Position numbers and translations under genes: made by a program. This document shows positions 41,031-50,834 of a DNA stretch of 64,000 bases, piece by piece. Position 1 is the first letter of the stretch. Each line of letters begins with the position of its first letter. Source of the stretch: Nitrosopumilus sp. (GTDB lineage: Archaea; Thermoproteota; Nitrososphaeria; Nitrososphaerales; Nitrosopumilaceae); contig OZ245040.1 of the NCBI GenBank assembly GCA_965224195.1, positions 576,001-640,000 on the forward strand, given 5' to 3'. Under the pieces are notes generated by a model. It made no database searches. It saw only the letters and a program-made list of their open reading frames with translations, and was not told where the DNA came from.

Positions 41031-42069
41031 AATCTATCTCCTGAGCACTTTTTTTAGCAGAATCACTTACAAGGAAAATTCCCACCCAGCCTTTTTCTGA
41101 AAATTCAACTTTATGAGCATGAAAGAGATATTTCCCTGGAAAATCATATTGAAATTCCATTATTCCACGCTCAGTTTGAGACAAAGTTATCATATCAGTG
41201 TAAAATGAGGGTACAAGATCAGTTCCCGTAGGATAATACTTGTACAAATTTCCATGAAGATGGAGATTGTTGATTGGATCAAATTCCACCATATTAACAA
41301 CATAAACTCGAATCAATTCATCAGTGTTAATCTGGATTGGGTGATGCTGATAATAAAACGGAATGGTGTTGGCAGCATAAAAATTATTTTCAGTATCAAA
41401 ATCAGTATCTAATCCATTTAACACCATAACCATTTCATCAGCTGCTGGACGTTTTTCTTTTGGATCAACTATGAATACACCATAAAGACCATGAACAATA
41501 TGTTCCTCAAGTGGCATAACATGACAATGATATGGATGTACACCTACAGGTCCGGCTTCAAATTCATATACAAATTGTCCACCATTACCTCCAACTGGTT
41601 CAAAGACACCATCCATTCCAGCAGGGTGAATTCCATGAAAATGCATTGTATGTTCTTTAGAGCCATTATTTATGAAATGAATACGAAGTAAATCACCTTC
41701 TGTTGCTCTAATTGTCGGACCTGGAACGGTTCCATTAAAAGTCCATACGTTGTAAAATACCCCAGGAGATACCTCCATAATTTTATCATCTTCAGCAATA
41801 ATCGTAAATTCTCTTAGAACAGTACCGTCAGATAATTGTGAAATATTACCATAATTGAAATCTCTCAAATACTCCATTGGATCAAATTCCACAGTAGAAA
41901 CAGCATACAGTGGATCAATGATTTCACCAGATGTTTGAACCACTGCCCCTGAATGAGTTACAAATGTTTTAGGTTCAGATTGTGCATCAGAAAAAGTTGG
42001 AAAAATGGCAATTATAGAAAACCCAACAACTAACGAAATCAATAAAATCATTACAGTCGAACGACTCAT
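41017..42069 (-). CDS. Two-domain multicopper oxidase
   Basis: NGTVPGPTIR, HTMHFHG, YHCH....H...GLYG, HLHG and FHAH; start set at MSRST. Confidence 0.9.
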   Translation of the reverse strand: MSRSTVMILLISLVVGFSIIAIFPTFSDAQSEPKTFVTHSGAVVQTSGEIIDPLYAVSTVEFDPMEYLRDFNYGNISQLSDGTVLREFTIIAEDDKIMEVSPGVFYNVWTFNGTVPGPTIRATEGDLLRIHFINNGSKEHTMHFHGIHPAGMDGVFEPVGGNGGQFVYEFEAGPVGVHPYHCHVMPLEEHIVHGLYGVFIVDPKEKRPAADEMVMVLNGLDTDFDTENNFYAANTIPFYYQHHPIQINTDELIRVYVVNMVEFDPINNLHLHGNLYKYYPTGTDLVPSFYTDMITLSQTERGIMEFQYDFPGKYLFHAHKVEFSEKGWVGIFLVSDSAKKSAQEIDYGTK

Positions 42070-42104
42070 TCTCAAGACAAGTAAAAAATTCAAAATTCTT
42101 TATT

Positions 42105-42166
42105 TAAAGTTACCCTAAGCTAACTTTTTTAGCCTAATCTAACTTTGTTGTATTAGGCTAAATATT
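42105..42166. promoter_or_regulatory. Cluster of DtxR/IdeR-like operator boxes
   Basis: TAAAGTTACCCTAAGCTAA (15/19 to TTAGGTTAGCCTAACCTAA), adjacent CTTTTTTAGCCTAATCTAA (14/19), and TTAGGCTAA core at 42153-42161; overlaps the TTTAAATA box of the MCO gene. Confidence 0.65.
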
Positions 42167-42209
42167 CATGAAAAATTAAGTTTAAACTAAAGATAATCAG
42201 CCTAAATCT

Positions 42210-42716
42210 GTGCAAAAATCAGGATTAATTATTGTAATTTTCGGATTGTTGATTGTAACAGGACTAGTAGTGTCAATTGTAGAAAATCAAACAACACTAG
42301 AAGGGATCAATCAAGGGAATGGAAAAGTTAGTTCAATTGAAACAGTTACAGTTTCAGTTGATCTTGATAAAGAAATTACACCTGTAGGGATTTTTGCAGT
42401 TCAAATAATGGAATTCAAAGAAAATACAATTTCCGCAATAATTTTAGACCCATCAAATATAGAAATTATTTCTCAAAAAGTAAATGAAGAAACACTTGAA
42501 AAAGAATTTGATGTGTTTGAAACTGGAACTTATCAATTAATTATTCAAAGTTCTGATGAAGATGAAATTTATGTAGCAGGTGCAATTGGTTCACTACCAG
42601 ATACAGATAAAAAATTCATCCTATCTATAATTTCATTAAGTATTCTTATCATAGGAATGATAGGATTGGCCACTATAGGAATAATTGGAATAAAGAACAG
42701 GAAAAAATCAGTTTAG
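42210..42716 (+). CDS. Hypothetical membrane protein (N- and C-terminal TM)
   Basis: Hydrophobic ends flanking a beta-rich domain; GTG start. Confidence 0.7.
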   Translation: MQKSGLIIVIFGLLIVTGLVVSIVENQTTLEGINQGNGKVSSIETVTVSVDLDKEITPVGIFAVQIMEFKENTISAIILDPSNIEIISQKVNEETLEKEFDVFETGTYQLIIQSSDEDEIYVAGAIGSLPDTDKKFILSIISLSILIIGMIGLATIGIIGIKNRKKSV

Positions 42717-43019
42717 GTAGCTATCCATTTTTTCTAAGCCACTAATTGTTGCATCAAAGTTATCACCATCTTCAATAATACTGGTGAGTTTTTCAGAATT
42801 TGCAGTTAGTGTACATTTTCCACCATCAGGATTTTTTGAAATAAATCCATGTTCAATCAAATATGAAAGCCTTTCAAGAACTTCAAATTCAGAAACAAAT
42901 GATTGTTCAGCCAAAAAAGAACATTCTTTTTTACCATCCTCAAGTTCTGCTAAAATTAATGAAGTAATTGGATCAAACATACATTCAACGATTTTTTCTC
43001 GATCAAATGTATCACTCAT
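42708..43019 (-). CDS. Winged-helix (ArsR-like) protein
   Basis: DP....IL.EL....K....LA......EV..RLSYL.E.G.I pattern; start set at MSDTF. Confidence 0.65.
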   Translation of the reverse strand: MSDTFDREKIVECMFDPITSLILAELEDGKKECSFLAEQSFVSEFEVLERLSYLIEHGFISKNPDGGKCTLTANSEKLTSIIEDGDNFDATISGLEKMDSYLN

Positions 43020-43103
43020 AATAAAATATAAAATTTTCAAAGTAATAACTTTTTGAATTGGTCCTTCCAATAAGATAATTAAGAAATAGGATCCCACAAA
43101 ATC

Positions 43104-43256
43104 ATGCAAAAACTCTGTAGCAAGGATCCATCAGGGAAGGGAACACACTGTTTTTGTGTAGATATTGACGCTCAAAGGGGAGTCAAAAAATGTTGTAAAT
43201 GCAACCTTTGGAATGTCCAAGGCAACAATTGGACCAGTGATGAGAATTTTCGATAA
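43104..43256 (+). CDS. Small Cys-rich protein (50 aa, below the ORF-track cutoff)
   Basis: Hand translation MQKLCSKDPSGKGTHCFCVDIDAQRGVKKCCKCNLWNVQGNNWTSDENFR. Confidence 0.55.
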   Translation: MQKLCSKDPSGKGTHCFCVDIDAQRGVKKCCKCNLWNVQGNNWTSDENFR

Positions 43257-43382
43257 TTAAATTCAACAAAAAACATCAAGATTAGGCATGATCTCAAAAT
43301 CTCAATTTGACTACATTTCAAAAATTAGATAATTTGATGCCTAGCATGGTTTTTATCGGGGATTCTGTGAATTTTTGAATAC

Positions 43383-43973
43383 TTGAGCGCACAAGAATAT
43401 AGACACATTGTTAGAATTGTAGGAAACGATATCCGTGGAGAGAGAAAAATGGTTATCGGATTAACCCAGATTAAGGGTCTTGGCTTCATGTTTGCAACGG
43501 CTATTCTTGATACTCTAAAAATTAATCCTAATTCCAATATCGGTAATCTTACAGATGAAAATGTTCAAGCAATTGAAAAAGTAATTACAGATCCAATTGC
43601 AAATAATATTCCAACATGGTTCCTTAACAGAAGAAAAGATATTGAGACTGGTGCAGATTTACATTTGTTAACATCAGATATTCCATTTACATTAAGAAAT
43701 GATATTGAAAGAGAAAGAATTGCTGCTAGTTGGAGAGGTTATCGTCATCTAAGTGGCCTTAAAGTTAGAGGACAAAGAACTAGAACTTCAGGTAGAAAAG
43801 GTGGAGCAGTTGGTGTCGCTAAAGGTGGATTGGCAGCTCCAGTTAAGAAAGGTGGTGCAGGAGCTCCGGCAGCAGTAGCAGCAGACGGTGCAGATACAGC
43901 AGCAGCTCCGGCAGTAGAAAAACCAGCAGCTCCGGCAGTAGAAAAACCAGCAGCAGCGGAGAAAAAAGAATAG
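43383..43973 (+). CDS. rps13: 30S ribosomal protein uS13 with Ala/Pro-rich tail
   Basis: [16 protein letters not shown] and [16 protein letters not shown]; TTG start. Confidence 0.96.
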   Translation: MSAQEYRHIVRIVGNDIRGERKMVIGLTQIKGLGFMFATAILDTLKINPNSNIGNLTDENVQAIEKVITDPIANNIPTWFLNRRKDIETGADLHLLTSDIPFTLRNDIERERIAASWRGYRHLSGLKVRGQRTRTSGRKGGAVGVAKGGLAAPVKKGGAGAPAAVAADGADTAAAPAVEKPAAPAVEKPAAAEKKE

Positions 43974-43982
43974 GTGTTTTGA

Positions 43983-44579
43983 ATGGGAGATCCTAAATAT
44001 CCACGTAAAGTCTGGAGAAAGCCAAAGAGACCACTCAATTATGAATTAAAAATGGAAGAGTTAGAAACTCTAGGAACATTTGGATTAAGAACTAAAAGAG
44101 AATTATGGAAAGCACATACAGAATTATCACGTGTAAGACATCAAGCAAGATCATTACTTGCATTAAGACAAGAAGTCAGAGCAGAGAAAGAACCAATTTT
44201 AATGAAATCTCTTGCAAGAATTGGTTTAGTGTCAGGAGATGCAACATTAGATGACGTACTCAATTTAAATGCAAAAGATTTACTTTCACGAAGATTACAA
44301 ACTATTGTTTCAAAGAAACTTGGATTTAAAACACCTTATCAAGCAAGACAAGCAGTCATTCACGGTCACATCATGATTGGTGAAAGAAAAGTCAACATTC
44401 CTTCCTATACGGTAACAATTGAAGAAGAAAGCAGTGTTCGTTTTACACCAGAATCAAAGATTCCTGAAATGTTAGAAAAAACAAAGAAAGAAGAACCAAA
44501 AATAGAAGCTACAGAAGAAGGAACAACTGAGGCTCCTGCAACTGAAGCCCCAAAAGATAAAAGTTCTTCAACAGAATAA
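43983..44579 (+). CDS. rps4: 30S ribosomal protein uS4
   Basis: MGDPK, GLRTKRELW, RRLQT and ARQ...HGHI. Confidence 0.96.
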   Translation: MGDPKYPRKVWRKPKRPLNYELKMEELETLGTFGLRTKRELWKAHTELSRVRHQARSLLALRQEVRAEKEPILMKSLARIGLVSGDATLDDVLNLNAKDLLSRRLQTIVSKKLGFKTPYQARQAVIHGHIMIGERKVNIPSYTVTIEEESSVRFTPESKIPEMLEKTKKEEPKIEATEEGTTEAPATEAPKDKSSSTE

Positions 44580-44631
44580 TCGAAAAAATAGGCTTATCAG
44601 TAAATAACCCCAATTATCAAAGAGAATCATA

Positions 44632-46392
44632 ATGTGTTCAATTATCGGTTATTACGGAAAGAAATTTGCGGCACCTATCATTGTAAATGGATTAAAAAGA
44701 ATGGAGTATCGTGGATACGACAGTGTTGGGGTAGCAACTGAATCAAATAATCAAATTGAATTAAAAAAAGGAATTGGGAAAGTCAATGAAGTTAATTCAA
44801 AGATTCAGTTAGATTTACTTCCTGGAAAAATAGGTATCGGACATACTAGATGGGCTACTCATGGAAAAGTTACAGAATTTAATGCACACCCACATCCAAG
44901 TAATTCAGGAAAAATTGCAATTGTGCATAATGGAATTATAGAAAATTTTGAAGAATTAAAAAAACAATTAGAATGTGAAGGATATAATTTCAAAAGTGAA
45001 ACAGACAGTGAAATTATTGCAAACTTACTTCAGAAACACTATGAAAAAACAGGAGATGTTAAAGAAACGATTTTGAAAACAGTTTCAGAAATTAAAGGTC
45101 ATTATGCATTTGTTGCAATGTTTGAAAATGGGCAACTGGCTGCTGCAAGATTTCATGAACCATTAATTATAGGAGTAGGACAAGATGATTTCTTTCTATC
45201 TAGTGATGTTTTAGGTTTTATTGAATATACTGATGATGCAATTTATTTAGAAAATGGAAATTTTGTAATTTTAGAAGAAAAGAAATTCCAAATTTTAGAT
45301 TTTGAAGGAGAACATGCAAAATATGGAATTACTAAAGTATCTAAAGAATTTGGAAATACTTACAAAGGGGATTATGCACATTTCACATTAAAAGAAATTT
45401 ACGAACAACATGAAACCATACTAAAAGCTGGAGAGAAAACAGAGGAAGCAATAGAAAAAGCAGCAGATCATATCAAACATGCAAAAAATATCTATGTTAC
45501 AGGCAGTGGAACCAGCTATAATTCAGCACTAATTGCAAAGCAAATCTTTTCAAAATATGCCAAGATTAAAGCAGAACCAATCATGTCAAGTGAACTCCAG
45601 TTTGCACCGGAGAGTATTGAAGAAAATTCTATCATAATAGCATTATCTCAGAGTGGAGAAAGTGCAGATGTTTTAGAGGCAGTGAAAATTGGAAAACAAG
45701 CAAACTGTAAAATCATAGCAATAGTGAATTTAATGACATCTTCGCTTGTTCGAGAAGCAGATATTGTAATTGGAATGAATTGCGGACCAGAAATCGGCGT
45801 AGCCGCTACAAAAAGTTTCACATCTCAGTTGGTGATACTCTACAAAATAGTACAGAAATTAACTGATAATAAAATAACAATTAATTTTGAAAAGTTTGCT
45901 GAATCAATTTTAAAAATATTAGAAAATCCAGTAAAGATTCAAAAAATTGCAAAAGAGATGAAAAATATTTCAGATATCTATGTACTTGGCAGAGGGATTA
46001 ATTATCCAATTGCAAAAGAGGCAGCTTTGAAATTAAAAGAATTGACATACATTCATGCTGAAGGGATTCCAGGTGGAGAATTAAAACATGGACCTCTTGC
46101 ATTAATGGATTCAAATGTATTTGTAATTATAATAAATCCAAATGATTCTACGTATTCAGATACGTTAACCAGTGCAAGAGAAATTAAAGCTCGTGGCGCA
46201 AAAATCATCGGAGTTTCAGATATTGAAAGTGATATTTACGATTATTGGATAGAAATGCCAAAAATAGATCAAGTGTTATATCCAATCTCAGAAATCATTC
46301 CAATTCAATTTTTATCATATTATGCAGCACTTGAGAAAGATACAGATCCGGATTATCCTAGAAATCTTGCAAAATCAGTTACAGTGAAGTAA
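44632..46392 (+). CDS. glmS: Glutamine-fructose-6-phosphate transaminase
   Basis: N-terminal Cys, EYRGYDS, GHTRWATHG, SQSGE, ELKHGP and PRNLAKSVTV. Confidence 0.97.
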   Translation: MCSIIGYYGKKFAAPIIVNGLKRMEYRGYDSVGVATESNNQIELKKGIGKVNEVNSKIQLDLLPGKIGIGHTRWATHGKVTEFNAHPHPSNSGKIAIVHNGIIENFEELKKQLECEGYNFKSETDSEIIANLLQKHYEKTGDVKETILKTVSEIKGHYAFVAMFENGQLAAARFHEPLIIGVGQDDFFLSSDVLGFIEYTDDAIYLENGNFVILEEKKFQILDFEGEHAKYGITKVSKEFGNTYKGDYAHFTLKEIYEQHETILKAGEKTEEAIEKAADHIKHAKNIYVTGSGTSYNSALIAKQIFSKYAKIKAEPIMSSELQFAPESIEENSIIIALSQSGESADVLEAVKIGKQANCKIIAIVNLMTSSLVREADIVIGMNCGPEIGVAATKSFTSQLVILYKIVQKLTDNKITINFEKFAESILKILENPVKIQKIAKEMKNISDIYVLGRGINYPIAKEAALKLKELTYIHAEGIPGGELKHGPLALMDSNVFVIIINPNDSTYSDTLTSAREIKARGAKIIGVSDIESDIYDYWIEMPKIDQVLYPISEIIPIQFLSYYAALEKDTDPDYPRNLAKSVTVK

Positions 46393-47443
46393 ACAATCTA
46401 TGATATTCTTTTTCTGTAATTTCTAAAAATTTTGTAGAATCATTTCCAGTTTTAATCATTGAAGAGATAATGCTACCACCTGCCCCTACTCCTTCTTTTG
46501 CAAATCCTTCAGAAAATGCTTTCAGACCAGCATGTTTTGAATTTTTCAGGCCTGGATTTACAGAGATTGTTGGAATATCAGCAATTTCAGATACAAGACT
46601 AGTAAAATTTGCACTTTCATCATTAGTAATGTACGAAGTAGTTCCAATTGCAGTGTTTTCTTCATTAAAACCAATTTTTTCTGCAAAAGCCAAAACTGCA
46701 GCCATCTGAGTTCCTCCAGCCAACATTACATTAGATACACTAGATGCAGAACTTAGCATTCCGGCTACAAATGGAATCATCGGATCACCAACTTTAGCTA
46801 CAATACTGTATGGATGATCAGAATCTATTCTTTCAAGTGCAGATTTAACAATTTGATTTTTTAATTCAACAGGATTGTTTGGAATGCTGGAACTAACTTT
46901 AGCATCATAACCTAATGCTTTTAGAACAGCTAAAGCAGTAGTAGTTCCACCAGGAATACTTTCACCAATAATCAAACAATCTGTAAGTGATGCCATACTT
47001 CTCCCCATAATTCTACCATAATCAACAGCGTGAGATACTTGTGAATCAGTCATAGCATCCTCAGTTGAAATATTTTTTCCAAAAGACATACCAGTATCAA
47101 TAAAAGGAAGTTGTGGAGAAATTTTACTTCCAGCATTAATTGTCAAGTGTGGAATACTAGCTGATTCTAATGCAGTTTTTGTTAATAATCCAGGAGTGGG
47201 TTTGCCATCAGGAGTCATTGGGATTTTATCAATAGTTTTACAGTATCCATAATGAAGATATTCAGCATCAGCAGGAGGAGTGAATTGAATTGAATCCTTG
47301 TCTGCACCTGCAAAGGTAATTCCAGGAATTTCACAAGTTTCAGTATAAGAAATTACAAAAGAGAAAAGAAATTTTTTAGATTTCATTGATTCAATAAAAA
47401 AATTTCCTTGCTCTACATTTCCAAAAAGTTCAAAATTTTCCAT
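46379..47443 (-). CDS. cobT: Archaeal-type nicotinate-nucleotide:DMB phosphoribosyltransferase
   Basis: TP.ADAE, GESIPGGTTTA, LAGGTQM and KEGVGAGG. Confidence 0.88.
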   Translation of the reverse strand: MENFELFGNVEQGNFFIESMKSKKFLFSFVISYTETCEIPGITFAGADKDSIQFTPPADAEYLHYGYCKTIDKIPMTPDGKPTPGLLTKTALESASIPHLTINAGSKISPQLPFIDTGMSFGKNISTEDAMTDSQVSHAVDYGRIMGRSMASLTDCLIIGESIPGGTTTALAVLKALGYDAKVSSSIPNNPVELKNQIVKSALERIDSDHPYSIVAKVGDPMIPFVAGMLSSASSVSNVMLAGGTQMAAVLAFAEKIGFNEENTAIGTTSYITNDESANFTSLVSEIADIPTISVNPGLKNSKHAGLKAFSEGFAKEGVGAGGSIISSMIKTGNDSTKFLEITEKEYHRLFTSL

Positions 47444-47451
47444 TATATTCC

Positions 47452-48060
47452 CTAACCCATCATATCAAGAAACTGTTGTTCAGTTCTTTTTTGCATCACA
47501 TGATTAGTGATTTTTTCTTTCCCCAAGGTTGAGATTTCAGCACCACCATAATTATGTCCTGAATACATGACTAGATTTTCATCTAATTTGTGCAATACAT
47601 CAAATAGACTATGATAGAGATCTTTTGCACTTCCTCCAGGTAAATCAATTTTTCCACAATTTCCAACAAATAATGTATCACCAGAAAAAATTTTCCCATC
47701 ACCTACAAGACAAACACTATCTTGAGAATGACCTGGAGTGTGAAGCACTTTTAATTTAGAATTTCCAAATTCAATAAAATCCCCATCCTTTACAGTAATG
47801 TCATGTTTTAATTCTGAAGATTCATGTTGGATGATCGGAGCTTTAGTAGATTCAACCATTGCTTCATTTCCCAAAGTATGATCAAAATGATGATGAGTAT
47901 TTACAATGTATTTAATTTTTAGATTATTTTTTTTAATAATCATCTCTAATTCAATTAAATCCCACGAAGGATCAATTATGATTGCTTCACTAGTATCTTC
48001 ATCTTCAACAATGTAGGAGAAATTCTGCATGTTTCCAACTTGAATTTGATGTACTTTCAT
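47452..48060 (-). CDS. MBL-fold metallo-hydrolase (glyoxalase II-like)
   Basis: THHHFDH, HTPGHS, FSGDTLF and GH. Confidence 0.9.
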   Translation of the reverse strand: MKVHQIQVGNMQNFSYIVEDEDTSEAIIIDPSWDLIELEMIIKKNNLKIKYIVNTHHHFDHTLGNEAMVESTKAPIIQHESSELKHDITVKDGDFIEFGNSKLKVLHTPGHSQDSVCLVGDGKIFSGDTLFVGNCGKIDLPGGSAKDLYHSLFDVLHKLDENLVMYSGHNYGGAEISTLGKEKITNHVMQKRTEQQFLDMMG

Positions 48061-48701
48061 AGAATTCCCTCTTCAGCTTCAGGTGGAATTCCAATTTTTT
48101 CTGCAAACAGTTCACCAGTCAAATCTTTTCGTTTAGGAATTCCTTGTTTCATTTTATGAAAAGTAACTGTCATATCACATTTTGAGCAAATATTGGCAAT
48201 TTCACCTGTTTGTGGATCCAATCCAGAAGGAACATCCACTGCAAATTTGTAACAATTCGTTTCATTAATGAAATTAATTGCAGATGTGTATGGTTCTCGA
48301 ATATCTCCAGATATTCCAGTTCCCAAAATTCCATCAACTATTACATCAGGTTTAAAATCAAATTCAAAAGTATCACCGGACATTAATTTTATAGAGGGCA
48401 TTTTTTGTAAAATTGACCAATTCCAATTACTCTCTTCAGTTTTTATTTTCTCAGGACTGCCCAATAGCATTACTGTAACTTTAGCGTCATAGCCAGCCAG
48501 ATGTCTGGCCATTACCAAACCATCTCCGCCATTATTTCCCAATCCAACAAAAATCAGAATATTTTTTGATTTTACATCTATTTTTTCAAGTAAACGCCTA
48601 ACTGCTGCAGCTCCCGCATTTTCCATCATGAATTTTTTCAAAAATCCCATGTCATGACCTTTGTTTTCAATATTGTACATTTGATCAACTGTAATGTCCA
48701 T
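48057..48701 (-). CDS. nnrE: NAD(P)H-hydrate epimerase (YjeF_N)
   Basis: MENAG, G.GNNGGDG, D.ILGTG and DVPSG. Confidence 0.92.
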   Translation of the reverse strand: MDITVDQMYNIENKGHDMGFLKKFMMENAGAAAVRRLLEKIDVKSKNILIFVGLGNNGGDGLVMARHLAGYDAKVTVMLLGSPEKIKTEESNWNWSILQKMPSIKLMSGDTFEFDFKPDVIVDGILGTGISGDIREPYTSAINFINETNCYKFAVDVPSGLDPQTGEIANICSKCDMTVTFHKMKQGIPKRKDLTGELFAEKIGIPPEAEEGIL

Positions 48702-48794
48702 ATCATTGATGAAATTATATCTAAAATAAGAGCTTTGTACATATGATCTGTGCCTTTTTAATTTGATTTGGCGTAATGTCGAAAGGTGTTGTGA

Positions 48795-49281
48795 ATGAGT
48801 AACATGAATGGGATTACTAGGAAGAAATTGTATCCTATAATTGTCAGCAGAGATGGTGAATACTGTAAATGTTGTGGGGTATTATCTACTGAACAACAAT
48901 TAGTTATTGATCATAAAGATAATGATAACTCTAACAATGGTTTACTGAATCTCCAGTTGTTATGCCGTACATGTAATTATCTTAAGAATCCTAGACAACC
49001 ACTCGATAATGTGAGTGAGTGCTTGAATGTACATGAAACAGAATTACAAAAAAAGTCAAAGATCTGAACCTCTTTTCAAATCATTTGTTTTACATGAAAT
49101 AAATGAATTAAGCGAAGTGTCTGAATACGATTTAATTAATTCGGGAGCAGAAGACGTTGGTATTTCTCCAGTCACAGCAAAACGATATTTGAATAAAATG
49201 TGTTCGTCTAGAGGTATTTTACAAAGAAATATGAGAATTAAAACAATAATGATACAATACAAAGATGAGTTGTTTGTATAG
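48795..49281 (+). pseudogene. HNH endonuclease with C-terminal HTH-like region, split by a +1 frameshift
   Basis: RDG.YC.CC...L.IDH.D....NN...NLQLLC..CN..K; removing one A from A7 at 49048-49054 joins ETELQ to KSQRSEPLFK of ORF 49027-49281. Confidence 0.7.
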
Positions 49282-49336
49282 TGAATGATGTTAGATTACA
49301 TAATTCATTTTTAAATAGTTAAAATTTAATTCTATC

Positions 49337-49873
49337 ATGACATTATATCTTGACACAGCTTGCTGGTATCGCCCATTTGAAAACCATACGATTCAAGCAA
49401 GATTAGATGAACAAGAATCAATAATTTCTATTTTAGAAGAAAATGAGACTGGAAGTCCAACATTTGAAATACTTTCTTGTAAATTACAAGTAAATCAAGT
49501 CTATGATAAACTACATAGTTTAAACACATCTCCTGATGAAAAATTGGTTTTACCACTGATCATCGATTCCATTGAAACCCATACTAGAAGCTCAACAAAT
49601 AAAAATCCATTTCAAGTGAAACAATTTCTTAATAATTTTGTGAGTGCTACTAATTTACCTGATAGCGAAGATTCTAAACAAATAATCACATCTTGGATTT
49701 TAAGAGCAGATTATTTTTTAACCACTGATTATTCTACTATTCTTAATATCAATGATAATCGTCAAATCGAAACTTTTCTAGATTCTCAAATTCATCCAAT
49801 TTTAGGTACACATGGAAATATAGTGGAAATTCGTGATCCTGTTACGAGATTAAAAGAACTTTTGAGTAATTAG
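49337..49873 (+). CDS. PIN-domain (VapC-like) ribonuclease toxin
   Basis: LYLDT.C..RPFE...Q.RL.E N-terminus; ED and ADYFLTTD acidic PIN residues. Confidence 0.75.
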   Translation: MTLYLDTACWYRPFENHTIQARLDEQESIISILEENETGSPTFEILSCKLQVNQVYDKLHSLNTSPDEKLVLPLIIDSIETHTRSSTNKNPFQVKQFLNNFVSATNLPDSEDSKQIITSWILRADYFLTTDYSTILNINDNRQIETFLDSQIHPILGTHGNIVEIRDPVTRLKELLSN

Positions 49874-49931
49874 TTTGTTACTAAACACTCCTGACTCAAG
49901 TTTAAATATTGTATATTGTACTTTATTATAT

Positions 49932-50339
49932 ATGTCTTCTGAGAATTCCTCTGATTTTAAAAAATTGATTAAAGAAGTTGGAATAAGAAAAGCAATTGAA
50001 ATTATGAAAGAAAAAGGAATTGTATATTCTGGTGACTTTACAGTTGATCATAGAACTGATTCATTCTTTTCTTGTCCTAATGTCTTTGAAAATCAAAAAA
50101 TGAATAATTCCCTAGATTGTTCATATGATATTGTTTATTCTTCTATTTATCCGTCAGGAAATCTGTTTTTACAAAATTCCTATTTGTTAAGCAATCCTGT
50201 TGAAAAAATTCCTTACCCTAATTCTATTTTTAATGTAATTGATCTTACTATGGTATCAGATAATCATTTAGAATCACAAGAAACTACTTCAGGTTTAATG
50301 TTGACACCATCTCCAAAATACCCAACAGCTAATAGATAA
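49932..50339 (+). CDS. Putative antitoxin-like protein with C-terminal extension
   Basis: N-terminal LIKEVG...A.......YSGDFT.D.R resembles the small partners of this PIN subfamily (from memory); own TTTAAATA box at about 49900; start set at MSSEN. Confidence 0.45.
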   Translation: MSSENSSDFKKLIKEVGIRKAIEIMKEKGIVYSGDFTVDHRTDSFFSCPNVFENQKMNNSLDCSYDIVYSSIYPSGNLFLQNSYLLSNPVEKIPYPNSIFNVIDLTMVSDNHLESQETTSGLMLTPSPKYPTANR

Positions 50340-50340
50340 A

Positions 50341-50811
50341 ATGTCAGCTAGACAATTACCAAATAATTTTGAAATAGTGGAGTTTGAACCAATTGAAGAA
50401 AATTGGAATACATATGAATTACAAAATGGAACTGTTGTCAGAGGTAGAATAATTGTCACAAGATTTGCGAAAGATCCACATGATAATGATCCTAACAAAT
50501 TATCTCTATCAAGTCAGAATATTTTTGTTGTTGATGCTGCTCCAAATCAAAGATCAACTCCAACTGATCCATTATCTCCTCAAGAAATACAAAATCCACA
50601 AGGTACTCCAATAGATATTCTTCTAAACAATGAAAGGTGGAATAAATATAGAATTCCACAACTAGGTGTTGTAATTAAAGTGAAATTAGTTGTTGATGAT
50701 GCAATCAGAATAGATGGTAAATTTGATAATGATGGAATGCCTCAATATGTCTTCCATTCAACGCCTCTTGTATTACCTGATAGAAGGGCAAATCCAAATG
50801 ATCGTACCTAA
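50341..50811 (+). CDS. Hypothetical protein with an internally duplicated domain
   Basis: E.WN.Y.(L/I)...G.V.(R/K).(R/K)..V motif occurs twice (EENWNTYELQNGTVVRGRIIV; NERWNKYRIPQLGVVIKVKLVV). Confidence 0.7.
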   Translation: MSARQLPNNFEIVEFEPIEENWNTYELQNGTVVRGRIIVTRFAKDPHDNDPNKLSLSSQNIFVVDAAPNQRSTPTDPLSPQEIQNPQGTPIDILLNNERWNKYRIPQLGVVIKVKLVVDDAIRIDGKFDNDGMPQYVFHSTPLVLPDRRANPNDRT

Positions 50812-50834
50812 GAAAATAATTTAATCACATTCCT

